From: a bacterium
GTDB taxonomy: Bacteria; Armatimonadota; JACIXR01
Direction: 5' to 3'
DNA length: 64,000 nt
Assembly: GCA_014360495.1 (NCBI GenBank)
Contig: JACIXR010000007.1
Span: 44,501-108,500 of the forward strand
Below are positions 31,653-40,423 of the stretch, one piece after another (positions within the stretch are counted from its first letter, which is position 1; every line of letters begins with the position of its first letter). The notes under the pieces were generated by a model. The model was not told the DNA's origin and ran no database searches. It worked only from the letters and a program-made list of their open reading frames with translations. The position numbers were made by a program, and so were the translations under genes.

Positions 31653-34025
31653 TCATTTCGCTTCCTTCAACTTTAAAACTGTAAGGGAATAAGGAGGCAG
31701 GCTGATTGTAAATCTATTGCTAACTCCCTCTATAATCTTGCTTATCGGTGCAACACGCCTCGGCTGGGAGAAGCTGTTCTCCTCATCGGGGGAATTGCCC
31801 GTGAGGATTACCATTTCCCCTTGCTTCTCCAGCCTCCCGCCGTTGAGTTCGAGCTCGCCGTTCTGCCACTTATCGCTCGTGTTCACTATTTTGATGAAGA
31901 CCTTCCCGCTATTTGTATCTTTTGTGGCGGAAGCAAGGACAGGAGAAGGCATTCTCTCCTCTATCTCGTGTATTAGCTTGCCATCCAGATAGCAACTTAT
32001 CTTATTGCCCTTTATCTCTATTTTGATGTCATACCATCGCCCAGTTTCCACGCTTCCCTCCACCGTCTCGCTGACAATGCTCTTGCCTCCACCCACACAT
32101 CTCTCTATCGCATGGCGGGTATTCCCCCAACCACCTATATTCCACCAATACCAGTTGTTATCATCCTTCACAGCGAACATAATGAGGAATCCCTCAGCAC
32201 CACCCAACTTCCTCGCCTTTAGGCTTATCGTATAATCGCTCCAATTGACATCTCCATAAACAATTCTTACATCCGTTTCAAGGGATTTCTGTTGGAGAGA
32301 ATAATCCCTCACTTCCCAATCGCCGCGCACGACCCTCCATCCTTCCAATCCCTTTGAGAAATCTGCTCCAAATATCAATTTATCCTCTTTATACACCTTC
32401 AAATCCTTGAATTCCGCTTGGGTAAGCCAAGTTCCCAAGCCAATTGCTCCCTTTAGAACGGGCTTCTCATCCTCCATTCGCACCTCAACGGGAAGAACAA
32501 CATCTCCCCTATTTTCGCTGAACAACATCTGAACATAATAGGAGGGAGTGCCGTAGACATTCGCGTTATCAAAACAGATTAAGTCAGGATTCCATCTTCT
32601 GTCGTTCACATTGACGAAAAGGGGAGCATAAGAAGCCATGATAACAATATCGCTGTTTCTCTCCAATCCAGTCATAAAGGCAGCCTCGCCTATGGCTGCC
32701 CTCAAATTCCCCGTCCCGCAGTTTTGGGTTACCGCATACTCTCCGACGAAAATGCTCGGTCCATTGCGGTCGTATTTATCATAACGAGTGGAATTAGCTA
32801 TGAACCACTCAGGGGAATTATAATAATGCTCATCAACGATTTCCATAGGAGCGCTTTTAACTGGCACATTCGCGATTAAAGTCAATTTAGGATACTTCTC
32901 TTTTATGGCTTTATAAAATAAAGCATATCTTTCCTCATAAGCTGGTCCCCAATTCTCGTTTCCGATTTCAACGAAGCGTAGCTTGAAGGGATGGGGATGC
33001 CCGTTCTTCTCCCGTAGAGCCCCCCATTTGCTCGTGGTCGGACCTATGGCATATTCAATAGCCGCAAGGGCATCCTCAATCCATTCATCCATCTTCTCAA
33101 GGGGAGCAATTTCCTGATGGGACATCCCACAATTGACAGCGAGTATCGGCTCCGCTCCCAGCGCCTCGCATAAAAGCAGATATTCGTGAAGCCCGAGCCC
33201 CTCCGTCGTCCTATAACCCCAGAGATTCCATCTTCCCGGTCTTTCCGCTATATCCCCGATGGTATTCCGCCAGCGTAACGCATGGTCAAGCCGCTCTCCC
33301 TCAACGAAACAACCGCCAGGAAATCTGACGAAGGACGGCTTCAAATCCGCAAGCATCTGCATAAGGTCGGAACGAAAGGGCAGACCCTTCCACCTATCCC
33401 TTGGCATAAGGGAAACTACATCCAGCCAGAGAGTTCCCAGAGAAGTCAAATAAATGACCAGGCGTGCGGAAGGGAAGGAATCCTCAGCGTGAAGGACAAC
33501 CTGAAACTTCTTCCAACTTGAATCAATCCCCTGAATGCGGGACTGAGCGTAGACTATTCCGCTTGGATGTTCCAAACTTACAAGTATATCGCCCCTATAA
33601 TTCCCATTACAGCGAGCATAAAGGGATAAATCGTAGAGCTTCCCTTTTTCTATCTTTATTCCCCAAAAGCCGGAGTTCGCAACACCTAGCCGTCCTCTCC
33701 CCAATTTTTTAACCGAAATCTTTAAGGAGCGAGGATTAGAGGGATTAAGGGGATGAGAGGAATCAACGGATATTTCTCCTTCTGCTTCCCCCTCCTGAAC
33801 TATATACCAACCAATCGGGGCATCTCCTTCTTCAAAATCCCTGTTTCTCACCAATTCAGCATAGAGCCCACCTTCCCCTGCGTGATTGATCTCCTCAAAG
33901 AAGATACCCCAGAGAAGAGGGCTCACTTTATGCAGCGGTTTCTGTATATCAACCGAGATAACCGCTTCTCCTGCGAAAAGGGATAAGCCGATTATCAGCA
34001 GGAATATAAAGACAAGCTCTCCCAT
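31653..34025 (-). CDS. Alpha-L-arabinofuranosidase, GH51 family, with extra C-terminal domain
   Basis: 790 aa. GH51 N-terminal signature LWGIFFEEINHAGEGGLYAELVRNRDFEE; VRFPGGCFVEG; catalytic-region EIGNENWG. Confidence 0.85.
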   Translation of the reverse strand: MGELVFIFLLIIGLSLFAGEAVISVDIQKPLHKVSPLLWGIFFEEINHAGEGGLYAELVRNRDFEEGDAPIGWYIVQEGEAEGEISVDSSHPLNPSNPRSLKISVKKLGRGRLGVANSGFWGIKIEKGKLYDLSLYARCNGNYRGDILVSLEHPSGIVYAQSRIQGIDSSWKKFQVVLHAEDSFPSARLVIYLTSLGTLWLDVVSLMPRDRWKGLPFRSDLMQMLADLKPSFVRFPGGCFVEGERLDHALRWRNTIGDIAERPGRWNLWGYRTTEGLGLHEYLLLCEALGAEPILAVNCGMSHQEIAPLEKMDEWIEDALAAIEYAIGPTTSKWGALREKNGHPHPFKLRFVEIGNENWGPAYEERYALFYKAIKEKYPKLTLIANVPVKSAPMEIVDEHYYNSPEWFIANSTRYDKYDRNGPSIFVGEYAVTQNCGTGNLRAAIGEAAFMTGLERNSDIVIMASYAPLFVNVNDRRWNPDLICFDNANVYGTPSYYVQMLFSENRGDVVLPVEVRMEDEKPVLKGAIGLGTWLTQAEFKDLKVYKEDKLIFGADFSKGLEGWRVVRGDWEVRDYSLQQKSLETDVRIVYGDVNWSDYTISLKARKLGGAEGFLIMFAVKDDNNWYWWNIGGWGNTRHAIERCVGGGKSIVSETVEGSVETGRWYDIKIEIKGNKISCYLDGKLIHEIEERMPSPVLASATKDTNSGKVFIKIVNTSDKWQNGELELNGGRLEKQGEMVILTGNSPDEENSFSQPRRVAPISKIIEGVSNRFTISLPPYSLTVLKLKEAK

Positions 34026-34164
34026 TCTCTCAACTCCTTTTGCCGGGGAATTTTTTCCATTATATCAAAGAAACCAAAATGAGGAAAGAAATTTGTATAC
34101 CTTATACATTTATTTCAAATGAGTAACAGAATTAGCCCTAAGGGTGTCTAAATTAGTGAGGTAA

Positions 34165-35553
34165 ATGGATATGAGCAAAAATTTATTTGCTAACATTCTT
34201 CTCTCTTTGGCTGTAGCATTATCAGCCCAAAAAGTGAAACAAGCGAACCACCTTACGCCGTATCCAAGAAATCCCTTCATTATCAAGATAGATTTCCCTC
34301 CTGTTGAGGATAGCGGCGGTGGCATTATCGTGGCGGATTTGGATGGAGATGGGAAAATGGATTATCTAATCACACGCAAAGGCTATGTAGCAGCCTATCG
34401 CTGGGACGGCGGAAAGCTCTGGGTTAAGGAAGTGGATATCCAAGTAGGTGGACCGGCGGAAAAAGTAGGATTGCCAGGTCATCACGGTCCCGGTGTGCAG
34501 GCAGGAGATATTGATGGGGATAAAAAGACGGAAGTTCTCTTTCTCACAAGGGATAGCACTCTCCATATATTGGACGGAGTTAGCGGGAAGGGAAAATACG
34601 CGATAAAGATTCCCAACCCCGAGGGAACGGATAGATGGGAGCACCTTGTGCTGGTGAATTTGAGAGGCAAAGGGGATAAAGATTTAGTACTACAAGCCAC
34701 AAATAACAAAGGATACAGGATGGGGCGCTATGTATCAGCTTTTTCCTTGGACGATTTGCTTAAAGGAAGGGTAAAACCTATTTGGCAAAGAAATGATTTC
34801 CTCGCTTGTGCACACAACGGACTTAGAGCGGTTGATTTAGATGGCGACGGAAGAGACGAAATCATAAGCGGCTCCATTTTATCACCAGATGGTAAAGAGC
34901 TATACAGATTAGAGGTGCGAGGTCATCTTGATAGCGTTTATTTTGGGGATGTCCGCCCCGATATACCCGGCTTAGAGGTAGTTGCGCTTGAAGAAGGAGG
35001 AAATCGAACCTTCCTTTACAATGCTAAGGGCTTGATATGGGTAAAGGACTATAAAGGGCAAGAGCCTCAAAACGCAGCTATCGGTGAATTTGACCCAAAG
35101 CGTCCCGGCTTGGAGATTTGGAATCGCAGTAGATACAACACTTATCAGAAGCCATGGGTATATGATGCGCTAGGGAATATAATCGCCTCTTACGAATTAA
35201 GCGAAGTAGCTCCCCCGGATTGGCCGAAAGAGGGAATAGAGGTAATCAATGCGATTCATTGGGATGGTAGCGGTCGCCAACTTTTATGTGCTATGGACAG
35301 GCAAAAGCCGGGTGATGTTGCAATTATAGACCCACTAACTGGTAAGTTCATAGCTCGCTTCAAGGAAAAAGCCGACCGTTTATATGTAGCTGATGTTGCT
35401 GGCGATTGGAGGGAGGAAGTTATAGTCCTTTCGGGAAAGGAGCTTCATATCTATCAAAATACCGCCCCTAATCCCAATCTCAAGAGGGAACGCCTCTGGA
35501 AGAATCAATGGTATAGACGAAGCAAAGCGGTCTGGAACTACTATTCGCCTTGA
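34165..35553 (+). CDS. FG-GAP/VCBS repeat beta-propeller protein, secreted
   Basis: 462 aa. Signal peptide; repeated Ca-binding-like DLDGDGKMD, GDIDGDKKTE and DLDGDGRDE loops. Confidence 0.65.
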   Translation: MDMSKNLFANILLSLAVALSAQKVKQANHLTPYPRNPFIIKIDFPPVEDSGGGIIVADLDGDGKMDYLITRKGYVAAYRWDGGKLWVKEVDIQVGGPAEKVGLPGHHGPGVQAGDIDGDKKTEVLFLTRDSTLHILDGVSGKGKYAIKIPNPEGTDRWEHLVLVNLRGKGDKDLVLQATNNKGYRMGRYVSAFSLDDLLKGRVKPIWQRNDFLACAHNGLRAVDLDGDGRDEIISGSILSPDGKELYRLEVRGHLDSVYFGDVRPDIPGLEVVALEEGGNRTFLYNAKGLIWVKDYKGQEPQNAAIGEFDPKRPGLEIWNRSRYNTYQKPWVYDALGNIIASYELSEVAPPDWPKEGIEVINAIHWDGSGRQLLCAMDRQKPGDVAIIDPLTGKFIARFKEKADRLYVADVAGDWREEVIVLSGKELHIYQNTAPNPNLKRERLWKNQWYRRSKAVWNYYSP

Positions 35554-35584
35554 TTTAAAGAAAAGAGCCCGCTCCTATAGATGG

Positions 35585-36127
35585 TCAATATTCTATCCCT
35601 TTACGGGGTGCGGTGCCCTTCTGGTAGGGATGCCTTACCATCTTCATCTCCGTTATGAGGTCAGCGATTTGCAAAATCTCCTCAGGGCAATTCCTACCTG
35701 TTATCACTATGTCCATCTTTCCAGCGAATTCCTTCAAAAAATCCAAAACCTCTTTTTTATCCAAAAGGGAGAGATTTATCGCCCAAGTCAGCTCGTCCAA
35801 GATGAGGAAATCGCATTTTCCCTCTTCCGCCCATCTTCTCGCTAAAGCGAAACCCACCCTCGCCAATTCCCTATCCTTTTCGCTTATCTCCCTTAATCCC
35901 TTGAAATCCTTCTCCTTTTCCAAAATCTCTTTTGGGACAGCGAAGCCTTTTTCTCCAAAGGTTTTTAAAAAGAAATTATCCAAATTTGACAAAACCTTCG
36001 CCTCGGATGTTGGGAACTTAAGAAATTGAACCATTAGCACTTTCCTCCCCGCCCCAAGCGCCCTTATCCCCATTCCTATTGCGGATGTCGTTTTGCCCTT
36101 TCCTTCGCCAGTGAGAACGAATATCAT
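35585..36127 (-). CDS. cobO: Cob(I)yrinic acid a,c-diamide / cob(I)alamin adenosyltransferase (CobA/CobO/BtuR type)
   Basis: MIFVLTGEGKGKTTSAIGMGIRALGAGRKVLMVQFLK P-loop signature and LILDELTWAI. Start chosen at ATG 36127, giving an ATGA overlap with the nrdJ stop; the ORF track start 36154 is an upstream extension. Confidence 0.85.
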   Translation of the reverse strand: MIFVLTGEGKGKTTSAIGMGIRALGAGRKVLMVQFLKFPTSEAKVLSNLDNFFLKTFGEKGFAVPKEILEKEKDFKGLREISEKDRELARVGFALARRWAEEGKCDFLILDELTWAINLSLLDKKEVLDFLKEFAGKMDIVITGRNCPEEILQIADLITEMKMVRHPYQKGTAPRKGIEY

Positions 36128-38670
36128 CCCGCAGCGCAAACGCTCCAACCACAATTAGGGCATATCTTACATCCCTCCTGCTGAAGCAGTGGCGTCTGAC
36201 ATACGGGACAAAGCTCCTCATCTTCCGAGACGCTCTTTCCCTCGCTGGGACCAAGCTTCAGGTAAATGGAGGGACCCTTTGCCTTCACATCCCTCATATC
36301 CGCCAGCTCTTCTGCTTTCCCCCTGCTCTCTTTCTCCCCACCAAAGGCATAAACGCCCTTTATTGACTTGTATCTGAAAACCGTTATATCCTTACATCCG
36401 AGCTCATGGGCAAGAAGGTAAGCCTTCTTTATATCCTCAACAGTTGCACTTGCGGGAAAGTTTATCGTTTTTGAAACGGAAGAATCGGTCCATTTCTGTA
36501 TCTCAGCGAGCGCCTTTATGTGGTCCTCCGCGGAAATATCAAGGGAAGTAACGAATACACGCTTCAAATGGGGCGGAATATAGGGGAGATTCTGACAGGA
36601 GCCCTCGTTCTCTGCGACATCTCTAATTAGCGCCTCGTCAAAAAGCCCTTCCCTTTCCATCAACTTCTCAAACACAGGATTCACATAGTAGAATGTGCCG
36701 ATTGAAACCCTTTTCTCATAAACGAGGCTGAAATTCGGCTCTACTCCAGCTGAACACCCAGCAATCATAGAGATGCTACCCGTGGGAGCAACGATTGTGG
36801 TATAGGCATTTCGCAAGCCATAAGCCTTTATCCCCTCCACAATGCTTTGCCAATCTTGACGCCAGCTCTCCTTTTCATAGAATCCCCTAAAGGGAAGCTT
36901 CCCCTCGGGGAAGAAGCTCTTCTTAAAGTAAGGGAAACTACCCCTTTCCTTAGCGAGTTGAATAGAAGCCACCTTTGAGTGGAAGTTGACGAACTCCATC
37001 AACCTTCCCATCCAATCCCTTCCCTCTTCGGAATCATAGGGAACCTCTAATTCATAGAGAAGGTCGGCTAAACCCATAATCCCCAAGCCTATTTTTCTCG
37101 TGTTTAGGCTCATTTCCTCTATCTCTGGGAGAGGATAATGATTGACATCCAGGATGTTATCAAGGAACTTGGTTGCCAGTTTAATAACTCTTGCGAGGTC
37201 ATCCCAATCTATTGATACCTCCCTGACTCCATTACGCTCCCTAACCCTTACGAAAGCCCAGAGGTTTATTGAACCGAGGTCGCAGGATTCGTTGGGATAT
37301 AAAAGCGATTCCCCACAGGGATTAGTTGTCTCAATTGGACCCAGGGTCTTGAGGAAAGGATTGTATTTGTTCGCGTTATCGGCGAAGATGACACCCGGCT
37401 CGGCTGATTCCCAGGCTTGATAGGCGATGAGGTCAAACAACGCATGCGGGTCAATGTATCTCATAACCTCACCAGTGCGGGGATTGACAAGTGGGTAAGG
37501 TTTTCTCTCCCGATAATAATCCCAGAACTCTGGCTTTATGAGGACGGAGATGTTGAAATTCCTCAACTGAAGATTTCCCCTCTTCGCGGTTATGAATTGC
37601 TCTATGTCGGGGTGGTTGGAGTTCAAAATCCCCATATTCGCTCCCCTTCTAATTCCGCCTTGCTTTATTACCTCCGTCATCTTATCAAAGAGGGTCATAA
37701 ATGTGACTGGTCCGGAAGCTGTTCCCGCAGTGCTCTTGACGAAATCTCCCGCTGGTCTCAGCTTGGAGAAGTTATATCCGACTCCACCGCCGGATTTGAA
37801 AATCAAGGCTGCGTTCTTAAGCGTCTCCATAATGGAGTAAAGGCTATCATCTATATCCAAAACGAAGCACGCGAGCCCCATCCCTAATTCCCTGCCGAAG
37901 TTGGCGAGAGCGGGCGTATTGGGGAAAAATTTCCTGTCCACCATTATCTGATAATAATCCTCCAGCTCCTTCTCATAATCATCAAACTCGCCCCTGCTCA
38001 ACATGTCAAGCAATTGGGAAAGGGGAATCTTCACCTTCCCCTTTTTATTAAATCTCTCATACATCCTGAAGAGCGCCTCTATATGAAAAGGATTAAGGAG
38101 ATACTTGCCTATCCTCAATTTCCCCTCATATTGCGTTGGAGAAAGCTTCTCCTTCGGCAGTGGCTTTCCACCCCTCTGGAAAACCCTCTCATCATACATT
38201 ATAGATGGCAAAACGACATGGGTCGCCACCCTCTGGAACAGCTCCTTAGGGGATTCTATTACCTTCCCTTGAGGGTCTTTCCTAAGATATCGGGAAGCGA
38301 GAACTCTGAGCCCATTTATATCAAACCTCTTATCAACCTCGTCTATCTCTGTTTTATTGAGGATTTGCTGCTTCTCCTTGCGAATTTCCGCCCTTTTCCT
38401 TCTATATAAAATATAGGCTTTAGCTACCCTCGCCTTCCCTTCCTCTATTAGGACTGCCTCAACTATATCTTGAACCTCTTCAACTTTAGGAATTTGCCAA
38501 GGCTGAAGCTTCTTCTCCAATATCTCCACAACCCTCTTGCTAAGCTTATCAGCGAGCTCGTAGTCGGGCTCTCCCACCGCCTCCATAGCCTTGAAGATAG
38601 CGTTTGTTATCTTCTCTCTCTCAAAAGGGACTACCTTTCCATCTCTTTTCTCAATTTTCTCTATTCTCAC
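36124..38670 (-). CDS. nrdJ: Ribonucleotide reductase, adenosylcobalamin-dependent (class II), with N-terminal ATP-cone and C-terminal Cys-rich zinc ribbon
   Basis: 848 aa. ATP-cone N-terminus (IEKRDGKVVPFEREKITNAIFKA); active-site NPCGE motif; C-terminal CPVCQ...CKICPNCGWSVC. No nrdB-like partner adjacent, and the next gene is cobO. Confidence 0.75.
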   Translation of the reverse strand: MRIEKIEKRDGKVVPFEREKITNAIFKAMEAVGEPDYELADKLSKRVVEILEKKLQPWQIPKVEEVQDIVEAVLIEEGKARVAKAYILYRRKRAEIRKEKQQILNKTEIDEVDKRFDINGLRVLASRYLRKDPQGKVIESPKELFQRVATHVVLPSIMYDERVFQRGGKPLPKEKLSPTQYEGKLRIGKYLLNPFHIEALFRMYERFNKKGKVKIPLSQLLDMLSRGEFDDYEKELEDYYQIMVDRKFFPNTPALANFGRELGMGLACFVLDIDDSLYSIMETLKNAALIFKSGGGVGYNFSKLRPAGDFVKSTAGTASGPVTFMTLFDKMTEVIKQGGIRRGANMGILNSNHPDIEQFITAKRGNLQLRNFNISVLIKPEFWDYYRERKPYPLVNPRTGEVMRYIDPHALFDLIAYQAWESAEPGVIFADNANKYNPFLKTLGPIETTNPCGESLLYPNESCDLGSINLWAFVRVRERNGVREVSIDWDDLARVIKLATKFLDNILDVNHYPLPEIEEMSLNTRKIGLGIMGLADLLYELEVPYDSEEGRDWMGRLMEFVNFHSKVASIQLAKERGSFPYFKKSFFPEGKLPFRGFYEKESWRQDWQSIVEGIKAYGLRNAYTTIVAPTGSISMIAGCSAGVEPNFSLVYEKRVSIGTFYYVNPVFEKLMEREGLFDEALIRDVAENEGSCQNLPYIPPHLKRVFVTSLDISAEDHIKALAEIQKWTDSSVSKTINFPASATVEDIKKAYLLAHELGCKDITVFRYKSIKGVYAFGGEKESRGKAEELADMRDVKAKGPSIYLKLGPSEGKSVSEDEELCPVCQTPLLQQEGCKICPNCGWSVCAAG

Positions 38671-38689
38671 TTAAAGCACCTCTCTAATT

Positions 38690-40411
38690 CTATTTCTTGA
38701 ATATCTTCAGAAGTTCGTCAAGCGGGAGGCAGTTCACGATGTCCTCCTTTTCGAGCCAACCCCTCCTCGCCGTGGAAACGCCATACTCTATGAGATTTAA
38801 CTGGTCTATGCTATGCGCATCCGTGTTAATTGCGAACTTCACCCCTTTGCCCTTACCAGCCCGGCAGAGTATGTCGGGCAAATCCATCCTATCAGGGAAG
38901 GCATTTATCTCCAAAATCGTCCCCGTCCTTACTGCCTCATCTATCAATATCTCACCATCCACCTCGTAAGCATCCCTCTTGCCGATAAGCCTCCCAGTGG
39001 GATGCCCGAGGATATCCACGACCTCCCTCTCCATCGCCTTGCAAATCCTCTCCGTCATCACCTCTTTCGGCTGCTTGAAGGCGCTATGAACAGAGGCTAT
39101 CACGAAATCCAACTGCTCCAAGACCTCCTCATCTATGTCAAGCGTCCCGTCCATCCTTATATTGACTTCAACCCCTGCAAGAACCCTTATCCCTTCCAAC
39201 TCCTCATTTAATTTCTCTATCTCCTCTTTTTCCTTCAGGATTTCCTCCTCATCCTGCCCTGCTGCCACCCCCAACCCCTTCGTGTGGTCGGCTATCCCTA
39301 TATATTCATAGCCCATTTCCCTTGCTGCCAAAGCCATCTCCTTAATAGTGAAGTTCCCATCTGAATGTTTTGTATGGATATGTAGGTCTCCCCTTATATC
39401 CTTAATCTCCACCAACTTGGGAAGCTTCCCTTCCGCAGCCGCTTCTATCTCCCCTCTATCCTCCCTCAGCTCGGGAGGAATCCATGGCAAATTTAGTGCA
39501 CCATAAACTTCCTCCTCGGTCCTTCCCGCTATCTTCTCATCCCCTCTAAAAACTCCATATTCGCTGATTTTCAATCCCATATCCTGGGCTATCTTCCTTA
39601 AATGAATGTTATGTTCCTTCGAACCAGTGAAGTATTGGAGAGCGGCACCGAAGCAATCCGGCTCCACCACCCTCACATCCATTTGAATGCCCATCTCAGT
39701 GATAACGCTCGTCTTCGTCTCCCCTTTAGCTATAACCTCCCGCACAACTGGGAGGGAGACGAAGGCATCCATAACCTCCAAGGGCTGAGTAGAGGTAACC
39801 AAAATATCTATGTCCCCTATAGTTTCCTTCATTCTCCTAACAGAGCCAGCGGGCTCTATCTTATCTATTGGCGCCCTTTCCTTCAACCATTCCACTACTT
39901 GACGGGCGAATGGCAAGGCGATGCCCAAGGGAACACGCTCACCAAATCTCCTCAATCTCTCTATTCCCTTTAAGATATTCTCCTCCGTCTTCGGACCGAG
40001 TCCAGGGAGTTGGCGCAATTTCCCCTCCCTCGCCGCCTGCTCCATCTCCTCTATTGATTTTATTCCAAGCTGATTATAAACGAGCCATGCGGTTTTAGGT
40101 CCAACCTCGGGAATCTTGAGAAGTTCAACCACTCCCGCGGGAATGCTTGCCTCCAACTCCTCGAGATAGGAAAGCCGCCCCGTCTCAATGAGTTCCCCTA
40201 TTTTCTCCGCTATGCTTTTGCCGATGCCGGGGATTTCCTTGAGGCGCCCCTCCCGATAAACCTTCTCTATCGGCTCGGAAAGGGACTCCACAACCAAAGC
40301 CGCTTTCTCGTATGCCCTCACTTTGAAAGGATTCTCACCCTTAATATCCAATAGCTCGGCTATGCGATAGAAAATTTGAGCGATTTGAGCGTTGGATATG
40401 GGCATAGCCAA
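38690..40411 (-). CDS. polX: DNA polymerase X family protein with C-terminal PHP domain
   Basis: 573 aa. N-terminal AQIAQIFYRIAELLDIKGENPFKVRAYEKAA (Pol beta-like HhH region); C-terminal PHP motifs GDLHIHTKHSDG and GIADHT. Confidence 0.88.
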   Translation of the reverse strand: MAMPISNAQIAQIFYRIAELLDIKGENPFKVRAYEKAALVVESLSEPIEKVYREGRLKEIPGIGKSIAEKIGELIETGRLSYLEELEASIPAGVVELLKIPEVGPKTAWLVYNQLGIKSIEEMEQAAREGKLRQLPGLGPKTEENILKGIERLRRFGERVPLGIALPFARQVVEWLKERAPIDKIEPAGSVRRMKETIGDIDILVTSTQPLEVMDAFVSLPVVREVIAKGETKTSVITEMGIQMDVRVVEPDCFGAALQYFTGSKEHNIHLRKIAQDMGLKISEYGVFRGDEKIAGRTEEEVYGALNLPWIPPELREDRGEIEAAAEGKLPKLVEIKDIRGDLHIHTKHSDGNFTIKEMALAAREMGYEYIGIADHTKGLGVAAGQDEEEILKEKEEIEKLNEELEGIRVLAGVEVNIRMDGTLDIDEEVLEQLDFVIASVHSAFKQPKEVMTERICKAMEREVVDILGHPTGRLIGKRDAYEVDGEILIDEAVRTGTILEINAFPDRMDLPDILCRAGKGKGVKFAINTDAHSIDQLNLIEYGVSTARRGWLEKEDIVNCLPLDELLKIFKK

Positions 40412-40423
40412 TCCCCTCCCACA

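Noticed and set aside
36127-36154. Longer N-terminal extension of cobO (ORF track start at 36154)
   Set aside because: It would overlap nrdJ by 30 nt. The internal Met gives the canonical start immediately before the P-loop and an ATGA stop/start overlap.
36124-38670. Possible intein or cobalamin riboswitch associated with nrdJ
   Set aside because: The protein length (848 aa) and continuous RNR motifs argue against an intein. Only 19 nt separate nrdJ from the upstream polX, leaving no room for a riboswitch.
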